This document shows, in pieces, positions 1 to 9,790 of a DNA stretch of 64,000 bases. The position numbers were made by a program, and so were the translations under genes. Position 1 is the stretch's first letter. Each line of letters opens with the position of its first letter. Origin of the DNA: an uncultured Syntrophomonadaceae bacterium (GTDB lineage: Bacteria > Bacillota > Dethiobacteria > DTU022 > PWGO01); NCBI GenBank assembly GCA_964636865.1, contig CAZWVJ010000008.1, positions 862 to 64,861 on the forward strand, in the 5' to 3' direction. The notes beneath the pieces are model-generated. The model saw only the letters and a list, made by a program, of their open reading frames with translations. It did not search any database and was not told the DNA's origin.

Positions 1-906
1 AACTTACCCGGTGATGTGGCGGAAACAGCTGAAAACACAGGTGTTGATCAGGACAAGGTCAAAGAGAGCCTGGAAGACATGTTTCATAAAGGGGTGGTTT
101 TCCCCCGGGGAAACATGGAGGAAAGAAACTATTACCGCTTTGCCCGGGACATTATTCAACTCCATGATGCTACTCAGGCCAGTGGCAAGCTTGACCCGGT
201 GCAGGACAAAAAACTTTACGAGTTATGGCATGACTTTTGCCGGCGCGAAATGTATCCTTTTATATCTGTGTTTGCCCAAAACCTTCCTCAACCTATGGGA
301 AAAGTGGTTCCTGCTTATAAAGCAATTAAAGATTTGCCCGGGGTGCAGCCCTGGGAAAACTTCTCGGAAATACTCAAGGCTCAAGAAAGAATAGCGGTAG
401 TACCTTGCTCCTGCCGCTCACGCACAACAGCGGTGGGAGAAAATTGCAATTATGTTAATGAACCCAAAGATTGGAAATGCCTTCAGTTCGGGCGGGGCGC
501 AGAGTATGTCATTGCCCGGGGCTCGGGTCGCGAGATTAGTTTACAAGAAGCCCTGGAAATTGCCGACCGGGTGGAAGAGGAAGGCTTGGTTCATATTGGC
601 AATTATGATGACAGTATGAAACTTAACACTTCCTGCCAGTGCTGCCAGGACTGCTGTGAAATTTTTGTGGCTATGTCACAGAATGAGGGAAACATAGGCG
701 ATGTATATGCTCCGAGCAGGTTTACAGCTGTAATTACAGAAGATGAATGCGACGGCTGTGGAATTTGTGAAGATTACTGCCAGTTTAATGCCATTGAAAT
801 TAATGATCAAGCAGTAATTAACCGGGAAAATTGCTTTGGCTGCGGCATCTGTGTGGTTAAATGCGATAACGAAGCGGTGAAATTAAAGCCAAAAGATGAT
901 CAGTAA
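1..906 (+). CDS. 4Fe-4S dicluster domain protein, probably 5'-truncated by the window edge
   Basis: The frame is open from base 1 (NLPGD precedes the GTG at 16). The C-terminus has two ferredoxin motifs, CDGCGICEDYC and CFGCGICVVKC, plus Cys-rich CSCRS and CQCCQDCC stretches. Confidence 0.7.
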   Translation, partial: NLPGDVAETAENTGVDQDKVKESLEDMFHKGVVFPRGNMEERNYYRFARDIIQLHDATQASGKLDPVQDKKLYELWHDFCRREMYPFISVFAQNLPQPMGKVVPAYKAIKDLPGVQPWENFSEILKAQERIAVVPCSCRSRTTAVGENCNYVNEPKDWKCLQFGRGAEYVIARGSGREISLQEALEIADRVEEEGLVHIGNYDDSMKLNTSCQCCQDCCEIFVAMSQNEGNIGDVYAPSRFTAVITEDECDGCGICEDYCQFNAIEINDQAVINRENCFGCGICVVKCDNEAVKLKPKDDQ

Positions 907-1092
907 AAAATATTTTCTTGATAATGCAAAATTTTTAGGAGGAATATGAGCAAAAATAGGGAATACCTATGGTAAAGTATAGTAATTTTTTCCTGCCGGT
1001 AAGGTATGACCTGATAATTGAGATATGGAGGTGATAATGCATAAAGGCTGTTTAATAAATTTTTTTATCTTAATCTTAAAGGAGGTAAAATC

Positions 1093-1473
1093 ATGGAAGG
1101 AGAAAAAACGTCTACGGGGTTGGAGCCAAACATTGCGGGTTTGTTATGTTACGTTTTGGGTTGGTTAACGGGCATTATATTTTTAGTGATAGAAAAAGAC
1201 AACAAATTTGTAAAATTTCATGCTATGCAATCAATTGTGGTTTTTGGTGCTCTAACTGTAATATCAATTCTAGTATCAATAATTCAGGGGATTGTTTTTT
1301 CAGCGGCTATCAGAGGGGGAGCGTTCGGATTGCTAAGTGTTTTTGGCTTTATCTCCACAATTATATGGATCCTCTGGCTTGTTCTTGCCATTATTTTAAT
1401 TATAAAGGCATACCAGGGTGAAACTTATAAATTGCCTTTTGCCGGGGATATTGCAGAAAAGCAACTTCAGTAA
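1093..1473 (+). CDS. DUF4870-like small membrane protein
   Basis: 126 aa with multiple hydrophobic helices. KFVKFHAMQS and a C-terminal YKLPFAGD are typical of DUF4870. AAAGGAGG lies about 7 nt upstream of the ATG. Confidence 0.65.
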   Translation: MEGEKTSTGLEPNIAGLLCYVLGWLTGIIFLVIEKDNKFVKFHAMQSIVVFGALTVISILVSIIQGIVFSAAIRGGAFGLLSVFGFISTIIWILWLVLAIILIIKAYQGETYKLPFAGDIAEKQLQ

Positions 1474-1547
1474 AATACCTATTGTGTCAAGACCTTACTT
1501 TGCTATCTGTTTTTGAATAAGTAATCCTATAAAAAGGAGGGATTGCA

Positions 1548-1949
1548 TTGGACAATGAGGAGAATAATGTTAAGGAAGAACAGGAAAAAGAGATGACTCC
1601 TGAACAGCCTGTTGATATGGCAAAAAGCAGTGAACCTTCAGAAGGTTCTCTGGGAATGGTAGCCTTAATTTTGGGTATTATCGGGGTTATATTATCTTTT
1701 ATCCCATGTGTAAATTTTTTGGGGATACTTTTGGGTATTGCCGCTCTTATTTGCGGTATTATAGCCAAGACTCAAAATCAGAAATTTGCCATGGCCGGTA
1801 TAATTTTAGGTGTAGTGGCGATAGTTATATACATTTTAGTTTATATTGCATTGGTAGCAGGATTGGCAGGTTTGGAGCATATATTCCAGGATGTAATACA
1901 GGAGATGCCTGAGGAAGTGCCTGATTTCCTCGACGAGATGCCTAATTAA
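1548..1949 (+). CDS. small membrane protein (DUF4190-like)
   Basis: Acidic N-terminus followed by two long hydrophobic helices (LGIIGVILSFIP..., GIILGVVAIVIYILVY). TTG start 6 nt after AAGGAGGG. Confidence 0.5.
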   Translation: MDNEENNVKEEQEKEMTPEQPVDMAKSSEPSEGSLGMVALILGIIGVILSFIPCVNFLGILLGIAALICGIIAKTQNQKFAMAGIILGVVAIVIYILVYIALVAGLAGLEHIFQDVIQEMPEEVPDFLDEMPN

Positions 1950-2052
1950 GGACTTTTGGCTCAAAATTAGGGGATAATGAGAATAAATACCTGAGTGGTA
2001 TTATGTGAAAACTGTAAAATCATTGATAAATAAAACAGTAATAATTAAGAGC

Positions 2053-2090
2053 AAAGAAATCCCCGGTTAAGGTTCCGGGGCTTTCTTCAT
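2053..2090. terminator. bidirectional stem-loop between convergent genes
   Basis: CCCCGG (2061-2066) pairs with CCGGGG (2075-2080). It is flanked by an A-rich run upstream and a T-rich run downstream, and sits between the + gene ending at 1949 and the - gene ending at 2142. Confidence 0.55.
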
Positions 2091-2141
2091 TAAAAATGAT
2101 TTAGGTGAAAATAATAGACATATAAGTTTCGCGAACAGACG

Positions 2142-3107
2142 CTATTCGCATAAAAACTTTCGAGCATCTTTGGCTGTTTTTTCCGGAATTTCTTCCATGG
2201 GAATATGACCCACCCCCTCGTACATGATCAAACGGGCATCCGGAATATCTTCCTTAAATCTATAAGCATGTGCCGGTGGAATCCAGGTGTCAAGGTCACC
2301 CCACATTATGAGGGCGGGAATATTTAATTCTTTCAAAGATTGTAAGTCTTCATGGGGATCTCGCTCGTGCAGGTCTTCTGTAATTTTAAATAATACTTCC
2401 CGGTTTCCTTCCCTCAAAACCATGTGATGGTAACGCTGAACTACTTCTTCTTCCACCTTATCTTCATCCCCGTAAACCTGCTTTACCAGGATGCGGATAG
2501 CAAAACGGGGGGTGATGTACCTGAGAAACGGTTGCATTAAATCATGGGCTGCTAATTCCATTAAAAAAGGCCTACCTTCATTTTCTGTATCTATATTCTG
2601 ATATCCGGCAGCGTTCAACAATATTATTTTTCCCACCCTATCCGGATTACGAGAGGCAAATGCCCAGGTTATTCCTCCCCCCAGGGAATTACCCGCCAGG
2701 TGGATTTGCTTCAGATCCAGTTCATCTAAAAAGACTTCTAAAAAATCTACGTAAAAGTCGGTAGTATATTTTTGCCCTTCCCGGGGACCGGTCAACCCAA
2801 ATGCGGGCAGATCCAGCCTGATCACCCGGAAATCTTCCTTAAGTTCTTTAGTCCAACCGTCCCAGGTATGCAGTGAAGATGCCCATCCGTGTAGTAAAAC
2901 TAAAGGTTCTCCCTCGCCTTCATCTCTGTAATGTACATCCTGACCATCAATTTCCACAAAATAGGATTGCTCGCCGGCGTACTTTTCCATCAGCTTTTCT
3001 ACCGGAATATCAGACCTAAACTGCAGTAGAAGGCCCACAATCAGCAATAACAGCACTATGGCAACTACATAACCTGCTTTTAATTTTTTACTCTTTTTCG
3101 CTTGCAT
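2142..3107 (-). CDS. alpha/beta hydrolase with N-terminal membrane anchor
   Basis: HGWASS oxyanion motif, GNSLGGG nucleophile elbow and a late GVGH histidine. Hydrophobic N-terminal helix. GGGGGAG RBS before the ATG at 3107. Confidence 0.85.
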   Translation of the reverse strand: MQAKKSKKLKAGYVVAIVLLLLIVGLLLQFRSDIPVEKLMEKYAGEQSYFVEIDGQDVHYRDEGEGEPLVLLHGWASSLHTWDGWTKELKEDFRVIRLDLPAFGLTGPREGQKYTTDFYVDFLEVFLDELDLKQIHLAGNSLGGGITWAFASRNPDRVGKIILLNAAGYQNIDTENEGRPFLMELAAHDLMQPFLRYITPRFAIRILVKQVYGDEDKVEEEVVQRYHHMVLREGNREVLFKITEDLHERDPHEDLQSLKELNIPALIMWGDLDTWIPPAHAYRFKEDIPDARLIMYEGVGHIPMEEIPEKTAKDARKFLCE

Positions 3108-3508
3108 TTTGCTCCCCCCTCTTTTTTTGATTATCTACCATATTACTAAAATTTACAATAACCTTTTTTACCGGATTATGCCAACAGATGAGCTTCCTAT
3201 AAATTCGGGGAGAAAGGAAAATAGATTAAATCTATGGAAAAAGTATCTTGGTAGAGAAAATATAAGTCAAATAGTGTGTTTTGCTGAGAAGCATTTGCCA
3301 CAATATACAGGGATTTACTGAGCATATAGATATTTTTTTAAAAAAATTCATCTTCTTTTAGTTGGCTCCAAATTAGAGAAGAACTAAAAAAATAAAAAAT
3401 GTATGTAAAGAAGAATCCTATTAAGTACGACTAAAGGGTATGTTATTATTAGTGAGAGGATACTTAATCATACATACTCATAAATATATGGGAACGAGGT
3501 GAAAATTG

Positions 3509-3865
3509 ATGCATGGCTGGATTCTTAGGTGGATATTAAACATAATTGCCATAATTATCACTTCGGCTTTACTCGCCGGGTTTGAAGTTACCCTCTGGGG
3601 AGCTATTGTCGGTTCAGTTTTTCTGGGAGTGGTAAATGCCATTATTAGGCCGATACTGCTATTTTTGACCCTTCCTTTAAATGTATTATCACTGGGGCTT
3701 TTTACTTTTGTTATTAATGGTCTGATGTTATGGCTTACCTCGGTAACTATCCAGGGGTTTGATCTTATATCTTTCTGGTGGGCGATATTGAGTGCTATCG
3801 TATTAAGCATACTCAGCTTTATAATCAGCCTGCTTATAGATGAACGCTATTTTGGCCGCTTGTAG
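3509..3865 (+). CDS. four-helix membrane protein, PF04020-like (phage holin 4_2 / YvlD type)
   Basis: About 118 aa and almost entirely hydrophobic, with a GAIVGSVFLGVVNAIIRPILLFLTLPL pattern. The ATG at 3509 follows GAGGTGA. The TTG at 3506 is the alternative start. Confidence 0.5.
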   Translation: MHGWILRWILNIIAIIITSALLAGFEVTLWGAIVGSVFLGVVNAIIRPILLFLTLPLNVLSLGLFTFVINGLMLWLTSVTIQGFDLISFWWAILSAIVLSILSFIISLLIDERYFGRL

Positions 3866-4128
3866 TTGTTATCCTTAATATTTTCATTCTATGTACCTTA
3901 TGTGTGAGGAAAAATTATTTCAAACTTAGACAAATAATTTGGTATTTAGCAGAGGGGCAAACTTTATTATTTTCACCACCGGTTCATATTTTTCCCTCCT
4001 TATTTTTGATAGAATAGTTATAAAAGCAAGAAATAGAGCGGTGGTATGAAGTCAAGTGGTTAATAGGAAATTTACCCCTTTAATTGGATGCTGCTCATAG
4101 TATACAAATATACAAGGGAGGAACAGGG

Positions 4129-5004
4129 ATGATAGAAGCAGATAAAGAAAAACTATATGCGCATGTAGATTTTCTTACCGGTATTAAACCGCCGCGTAAT
4201 TATCGGAACATAGACTCATTAAATAATGTGGCTGATTATATCAGAGGAGAAATGGAAGATATAAGTTGTTTCTTACAGGAGCAGCCTTTTCAGGTAAGCG
4301 GCCAAACTTATAGAAATATTATTGGCAGTGTAGGTCCTCGACAAGCCCCGCGGATTATTTTGGGAGCGCATTACGATGTTGCCGGGGATCAACCCGGTGC
4401 CGATGATAATGCCAGTGCCGTGGCGGGTTTGTTAGAGACGGCGCGCCTGCTTGTGCCCTGGGATAAAAAAATTAAAAAGCGCATAGATTTTGTGGCATAT
4501 TGCCTGGAAGAGCCACCTTTTTTTGGCACAGCCTCCATGGGGAGCGCTGTTCACGCAGAAAGCCTTCAACAGGAAAACGTGGAAGTGGAGTTTATGATTG
4601 GTTATGAGATGATCGGTTTTTTTAGCGATGAAGTGGGCTCACAATCTTATCCGGGGGTTGATTTAGATGTAACTTATACTGATAAAGGAGATTTCATTAT
4701 TGTCGTAGGCATAGAAAGGTATGCCGGCCTTGCTGGAAGGCTGGCTTCTCTGATGCAGAAGCATGCTCAAATTCGGGTGGAATCTGTAGATTTCCCCGCG
4801 CCTGGCGGGCTTGTGAGTCTCTCGGATCACAAATGTTACTGGGATTGCGATTACCCCGCAGTTATGTTAACAGATACCAGTTTTCTGAGGAATCCTCATT
4901 ACCACCAGGTTACCGATACCATAGATACTTTGGACTTTGAGCGCATGAAAGAGGTAATTAACGGAGTGGCGGGAGCTTTAATCGATATTTCACAAAATGA
5001 GTAA
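4129..5004 (+). CDS. M28 family zinc peptidase
   Basis: GAHYDV...GADDNASAVAGLLE and later EE/H metal-ligand context typical of M28. The ATG at 4129 has AGGGAGG 6 nt upstream, so the ORF-track start at 4084 is probably too early. Confidence 0.8.
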   Translation: MIEADKEKLYAHVDFLTGIKPPRNYRNIDSLNNVADYIRGEMEDISCFLQEQPFQVSGQTYRNIIGSVGPRQAPRIILGAHYDVAGDQPGADDNASAVAGLLETARLLVPWDKKIKKRIDFVAYCLEEPPFFGTASMGSAVHAESLQQENVEVEFMIGYEMIGFFSDEVGSQSYPGVDLDVTYTDKGDFIIVVGIERYAGLAGRLASLMQKHAQIRVESVDFPAPGGLVSLSDHKCYWDCDYPAVMLTDTSFLRNPHYHQVTDTIDTLDFERMKEVINGVAGALIDISQNE

Positions 5005-5111
5005 TACTATGAGCGGAAGAGGTTTTTTAGAGTGATGAACCGGAAATGGCTTTTTCCCAATACAATTAAGATGATCATATATAATAAACTTGAGTTATCC
5101 GGGGTGTTCAG

Positions 5112-6242
5112 ATGTTAAGGATGATGCATTTGGCGGATCTTCATCTGGGCTGGGAGCCCGCTTATCTGCCGGATGAAAAAAGGAAAATTCGCCGGGAGGA
5201 ACGCGATCAACTTTTAAAAAAAGCGGTAGATTATGCGTTAGCCCCAAAAAACAATATTCAGGTAGTGCTAATTGTCGGTGATTTGTTTGAAAATTATTCT
5301 CCTCCGGATTACCTTGTAAGGCAAGTTAAGGAGCAACTTAGCCGTTTGGTCACTGCCGGTTTGCTGGTAGTAACAGTACCCGGCAACCATGATGAAATAA
5401 CATATCGGGAATCGGTTTATCGCCGACACGGTGAAGAATGGCCCGGTGAGCTTGTAAAAAATGCTTTGCCGGAATTAGTTGTTTTGCAAGAAATAAATGG
5501 GGTGAGTCTCCATATCTACTCTCTGGCTTATACCGGGGGGGTAACTTCTGTTAAGTTTTGGGATGAATATCCACGCAGTGAGGCTTCCGGCCTACATGTA
5601 GGGGCATTTCATGGATCTTTGGACTGGGAAGGGGTAGATGATCGAAGTTTACCCCTTAATTCTAACCATTTGGCTAAAGCCGGGTATGATTACATTGCTT
5701 TGGGGCATTACCACCGCTACAGTGAAAAGAGTGTAGGCCCCGGCAAGGCAGTATATCCCGGCTCTGTGGAATTTAAAAGTTTTAGTGATCCGGGTAACGG
5801 TTATATTACCGTAATAGAGCATACGGGAAGCGGTTTTAAAGTAGAAAACATTTCCATAGAAGTTCGCAGGCATTTTTTTCGGGAAGTGGATATTTCCGGA
5901 TTTTCCACTGAGGAAGAACTTTACACATATTGTCTTCAATTTGCAGATGAAGAAGCTATGCTTCACCTAAACCTTATCGGAACTCCTTTGTTTGCCGTCA
6001 GGGCGGAAAACTTAATAGATCAACTGGAACCGCATTTTTTTTACCTGGAAATTGAAAATTCTGCTCAATTTTTTGCAGAAAGCTTTTTAGACAGTATTTC
6101 TCAAGAACCCACTGTCAGGGGGGCATATGTCCGCCGTATGCGCCATAGGCAAAATGAAGCAGCTACGGAACAGGAGCAAAAGTTGCTTAAGCAAGCTCTT
6201 TTAAAAGGTTTGGCAGCCTTGGAAGGAAGTGACTTGAAATGA
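5112..6242 (+). CDS. SbcD/Mre11-like metallophosphoesterase nuclease (YhaO-type)
   Basis: Calcineurin-like motifs in order: MHLADLHLG, VGDLFE, PGNHDE, GHYH. The stop overlaps the next start (ATGA at 6239-6242). Confidence 0.8.
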   Translation: MLRMMHLADLHLGWEPAYLPDEKRKIRREERDQLLKKAVDYALAPKNNIQVVLIVGDLFENYSPPDYLVRQVKEQLSRLVTAGLLVVTVPGNHDEITYRESVYRRHGEEWPGELVKNALPELVVLQEINGVSLHIYSLAYTGGVTSVKFWDEYPRSEASGLHVGAFHGSLDWEGVDDRSLPLNSNHLAKAGYDYIALGHYHRYSEKSVGPGKAVYPGSVEFKSFSDPGNGYITVIEHTGSGFKVENISIEVRRHFFREVDISGFSTEEELYTYCLQFADEEAMLHLNLIGTPLFAVRAENLIDQLEPHFFYLEIENSAQFFAESFLDSISQEPTVRGAYVRRMRHRQNEAATEQEQKLLKQALLKGLAALEGSDLK

Positions 6243-9200
6243 CGGCTCCTAAAATTACTCTGCTTAAGCTTACCCTGGAGGGTTTTGGCCCTTACCGGGA
6301 AAAAACGGAATTTCATTTTAACCCGGGTGCTAACTGTTATATTTCCGGTAATGAAACCGGGAAAACTACCATGTTAGCCGGTCTGATTGCTACCATCTTT
6401 GGCCTTTCCCACAGCTCTAAAAGTAGATCCTTTTTTACTACTCAAAGATTTCGCAATTGGGAAAACCCGTCTTATTTTTACGGGGAAGTTTTTTTTGCGA
6501 TAAATAATCATTATTACCGGATTTGGCGTGATTTTGAAACGCATCGGGTAGAGCTGTGGGAGATAGATGAATCCTTTAACAGACAGCAACTTTTAGTTGA
6601 AGGCAATCATAATCCGGAAGCGCGCAAGCCTCTTCAAACATATACTGATGCATTACATTCCCTTTTGGGGGTCAGCAGCCAGGAATTGTTCAGCGATACT
6701 TTTTGCTTGGAACAACCGTTACCGGAACCGCAGCACATCAGTGCTGAACTCCAGGGTTTGCTTTCCGGAGGCAAGGGCGCTTCTTTTCATAATGCCCTGG
6801 ATAACTTGGTGGCAAGCTTGAAGAACTTGACTAAATATACGGGCCCTAATAATCGTGGTGTTACCAAGAAAAATATGAGCAAAGACGGTAAATTAGAAGA
6901 AATCAATAATAAAATTAATGAACTGGAGCAACAAATAGAGGAAGGTAAACAGACAGCGGATTCCCTGGTAGATATTCAACAAAGTTTACAGACAATAGAA
7001 AAAGATCTTCATCATAAAAAGGAAGAATTAAGTAAGAAAGAAAAAAGCCGACAGGCCTGGGAAAAGTGGCAGCTTTTCCAACAAGAATACCTTGGAACTA
7101 CCCGGGAAAGGGACAAATTAAAACAAGCAGAAAAAGATGTCTCCGGCCTAACTGAAAAAATAAGAAAAATGCAGGAGGAAATGGAGCATAATTATGCTGA
7201 ATTCAACGGCATGCCGCCGGAAACCGGTGATAACCTGGATTCATTAGTTCAAATTGATAGGCGACTTCGAGATCTGGATAGTAATATTCACAAACAAAAG
7301 GAATCTTTAAAAGTAGATGAAAAAAATTATGATCAAATAAATGAAGAGCTAAATAAATTTTCCGGTTGGGAGTGGCTGGGGGCGGATCCGGTAACCAGGC
7401 TTCAATCTATAAAACGTAATGCTGAAAAGTGCCTTCAGGATTGGAAGCAGTTTAAACAGCTTGAAAATGATTTGGAAATTATTAACCGAGATTTAACGGA
7501 GAAATATGCTCCTTTAACGGAGGCTTCCCCCCATACATTAGAGTTGGTTGCAAGTTATGACCGGCGCTATGCGGAATTAAACAGCGCCGAAGAAAAGGCT
7601 TTACAAGCTTACAAAACAGCGGAAAACAAGATGAAGGAATACCGGGAATATAAAGATGCTTTTAATAATAAATACAGTGATCTTGTTGAGCTACCTGAGG
7701 GTGCCGCAGAGGCGGTAGATGGAAAACTTTCTCTTTTACAAAAGAAGCGGGAGCTTGAAAAGCAATTGGCAGAAGCCACCAAAAAGGTAACTACTCCTCT
7801 GTGGATGCGGATAGGTGGAGCCGCACTTGTGGCAGGGCTGGTTGGATTTCTGATAGGAAACGAGAGTTTACCGGTTTTAATTACTGCAGTCTTGTTGTCT
7901 GCGGTGGTTGGGTATGGTGCAAGCAGTTATATTTATACTCTTGCTTTTTCTTCTTGGCGCCGGAAACGTCATGAAATTCGTGAAGAACTGAATAATTGCC
8001 GGCAGAAGATTGCTTCATTTGCAAACAAATTAGGCCGGTTTTCCCACGTAGGTGAAGCAGAATTAGGACGCCTTGCCCAGCGGTTTAGTCAATATAATGA
8101 GGAAAAAGAATATCTTGAAAAAATGGAGAATGAAATTTTTCCGGAAAAACTCCAGGAATTGCAGCAAGAACTAAATCGAGCCAGGGAAGAGCTGCAAGAA
8201 TTTAATAAAAAAATGGCTCCTTTCCGGGAAGCCTTTGACAATGTTTCCACTGCTTTTAATCATTGGCGTTCCTTGTGCGAGAAAAAGCAAAGGCTGCAAA
8301 CACAATTAGCCGATTTTGCCGGTGAAAAGTGGGGCTGCAGTGTTTCACAAGTACCTGCAGCCAACCCTTTATCGGAACAAACAGCGGAACAATGGCAGGA
8401 AGTTGCCTATTTCTTGGGTCAAGAAATTCATGTGTCTAATAAGAGTGTGTTTGATTTGGCAGAACAGATAGAAGAACTGACGGAAACATGGTGGCAGGAA
8501 CGGGTAGAAAGAGCTGCCCGACTGGCTGAACTCCAAAAACAAAGAGAGAACCTCAATTATAAAATAGATTCCCAAAAAGCTCAAATTAAAGAGTTAGAGG
8601 AGAAAAGGCGAAATATTCAGGGGGAAAAAGATGAAATTGTGGCCAATATCAGGACAGTAGTGGAAAAGAATGATCATGATGCCGAAGCAGCATTGAAACG
8701 TTGGAAAGAGTTGCAGGAGAAGGTGAAAGCCAAGGAATCCGCGGAAATGCAGCTAAATACAACTTTGCAAAATAATCAGGTAGAAGGTATATCTGCATTG
8801 CAAAGCTTGCTAGCTAAAACAGAAGATAAGGTCACTACTTGCTTGCTCAGGTGGCGGGAACATATCGAGCAAAATCCGGGTTTGCCCGGAACGGAACAGG
8901 CTGATGATTATGAGCAGGTGAGCAACTATTTGGAAACCCTGGAACAAGAAATAGAACGTCTTAATACAGAAACAAACGAATTGGAAAACAAACGCAATGA
9001 GCTTACTAAACGCCAGGCTGCTTTAGAAGGAGATTCTCCTCTAAATATTGCGGCTGCGGAAATTGAACTGGCAGAATTAAAAAAGCAAAAAGAATGGTTG
9101 GAAGTTGAAGCAGAGGCCCTGGTGATAGCTTATCAAGAACTGGAGCAAGCAATTAATGAATACCGGCATACCTATAAAGAACGTCTGGAACATTTGGCAT

Positions 9201-9553
9201 CTTCATATTGCCGGAATATTTCCGGAGTAAACCGGCGCTTTGTTGAGCTGGATGGAAATTTTAACATCAGCGTGTGGGAAAATGGACGCTCTTTGTCTGT
9301 GGAAAACTTGAGCAAGGGAGCCAGGGATCAGCTTTATCTATCCATACGTTTTGCTGTTGCTGACTTGCTGGCGGAAGAAATGAAATTACCTTTAATATTT
9401 GACGATCCTTTTACCAGCACTGACACCAACCGGTTGCATAATATATGGCAAATATTACAGGAACAATCCGACGACCGCCAGTTTATTATTATGTCTCATG
9501 CGGAAACATTTTTAGATTGGGGGTACCCGGTTGAAGTCAAGGTTTCAAGTTGA
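6239..9553 (+). CDS. SbcC/Rad50-like AAA ATPase with long coiled coils and an internal membrane hairpin (YhaN-type)
   Basis: N-terminal Walker A GNETGKTT. Very long E/K/Q/L-rich coiled-coil regions. C-terminal LSKGARDQLYLS signature and LIFDDPF Walker B. Central hydrophobic stretch WMRIGGAALVAGLVGFLIG...VLLSAVVGYGASSYIYTLAF. Confidence 0.8.
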   Translation: MTAPKITLLKLTLEGFGPYREKTEFHFNPGANCYISGNETGKTTMLAGLIATIFGLSHSSKSRSFFTTQRFRNWENPSYFYGEVFFAINNHYYRIWRDFETHRVELWEIDESFNRQQLLVEGNHNPEARKPLQTYTDALHSLLGVSSQELFSDTFCLEQPLPEPQHISAELQGLLSGGKGASFHNALDNLVASLKNLTKYTGPNNRGVTKKNMSKDGKLEEINNKINELEQQIEEGKQTADSLVDIQQSLQTIEKDLHHKKEELSKKEKSRQAWEKWQLFQQEYLGTTRERDKLKQAEKDVSGLTEKIRKMQEEMEHNYAEFNGMPPETGDNLDSLVQIDRRLRDLDSNIHKQKESLKVDEKNYDQINEELNKFSGWEWLGADPVTRLQSIKRNAEKCLQDWKQFKQLENDLEIINRDLTEKYAPLTEASPHTLELVASYDRRYAELNSAEEKALQAYKTAENKMKEYREYKDAFNNKYSDLVELPEGAAEAVDGKLSLLQKKRELEKQLAEATKKVTTPLWMRIGGAALVAGLVGFLIGNESLPVLITAVLLSAVVGYGASSYIYTLAFSSWRRKRHEIREELNNCRQKIASFANKLGRFSHVGEAELGRLAQRFSQYNEEKEYLEKMENEIFPEKLQELQQELNRAREELQEFNKKMAPFREAFDNVSTAFNHWRSLCEKKQRLQTQLADFAGEKWGCSVSQVPAANPLSEQTAEQWQEVAYFLGQEIHVSNKSVFDLAEQIEELTETWWQERVERAARLAELQKQRENLNYKIDSQKAQIKELEEKRRNIQGEKDEIVANIRTVVEKNDHDAEAALKRWKELQEKVKAKESAEMQLNTTLQNNQVEGISALQSLLAKTEDKVTTCLLRWREHIEQNPGLPGTEQADDYEQVSNYLETLEQEIERLNTETNELENKRNELTKRQAALEGDSPLNIAAAEIELAELKKQKEWLEVEAEALVIAYQELEQAINEYRHTYKERLEHLASSYCRNISGVNRRFVELDGNFNISVWENGRSLSVENLSKGARDQLYLSIRFAVADLLAEEMKLPLIFDDPFTSTDTNRLHNIWQILQEQSDDRQFIIMSHAETFLDWGYPVEVKVSS

Positions 9554-9790
9554 CTTAAGCATTGTATGAAAATTTTGCAGGATAATCGCCATAAATGATA
9601 GAATGTTTTTAACATAATGCAAACTCTTTTGCTCAATGGTAAAGCCCCTGAGTCATTTATTTGGGGAAATATCGATTTTTTACTTGAAAAAAAAGTTAAA
9701 TTAAGTTGAATACTAAATAATTAAAATAACCTGGCAAGATGCTAATGATTTTTATTTTACCTTTTCAAAAAATTTACATATAATTGCATA

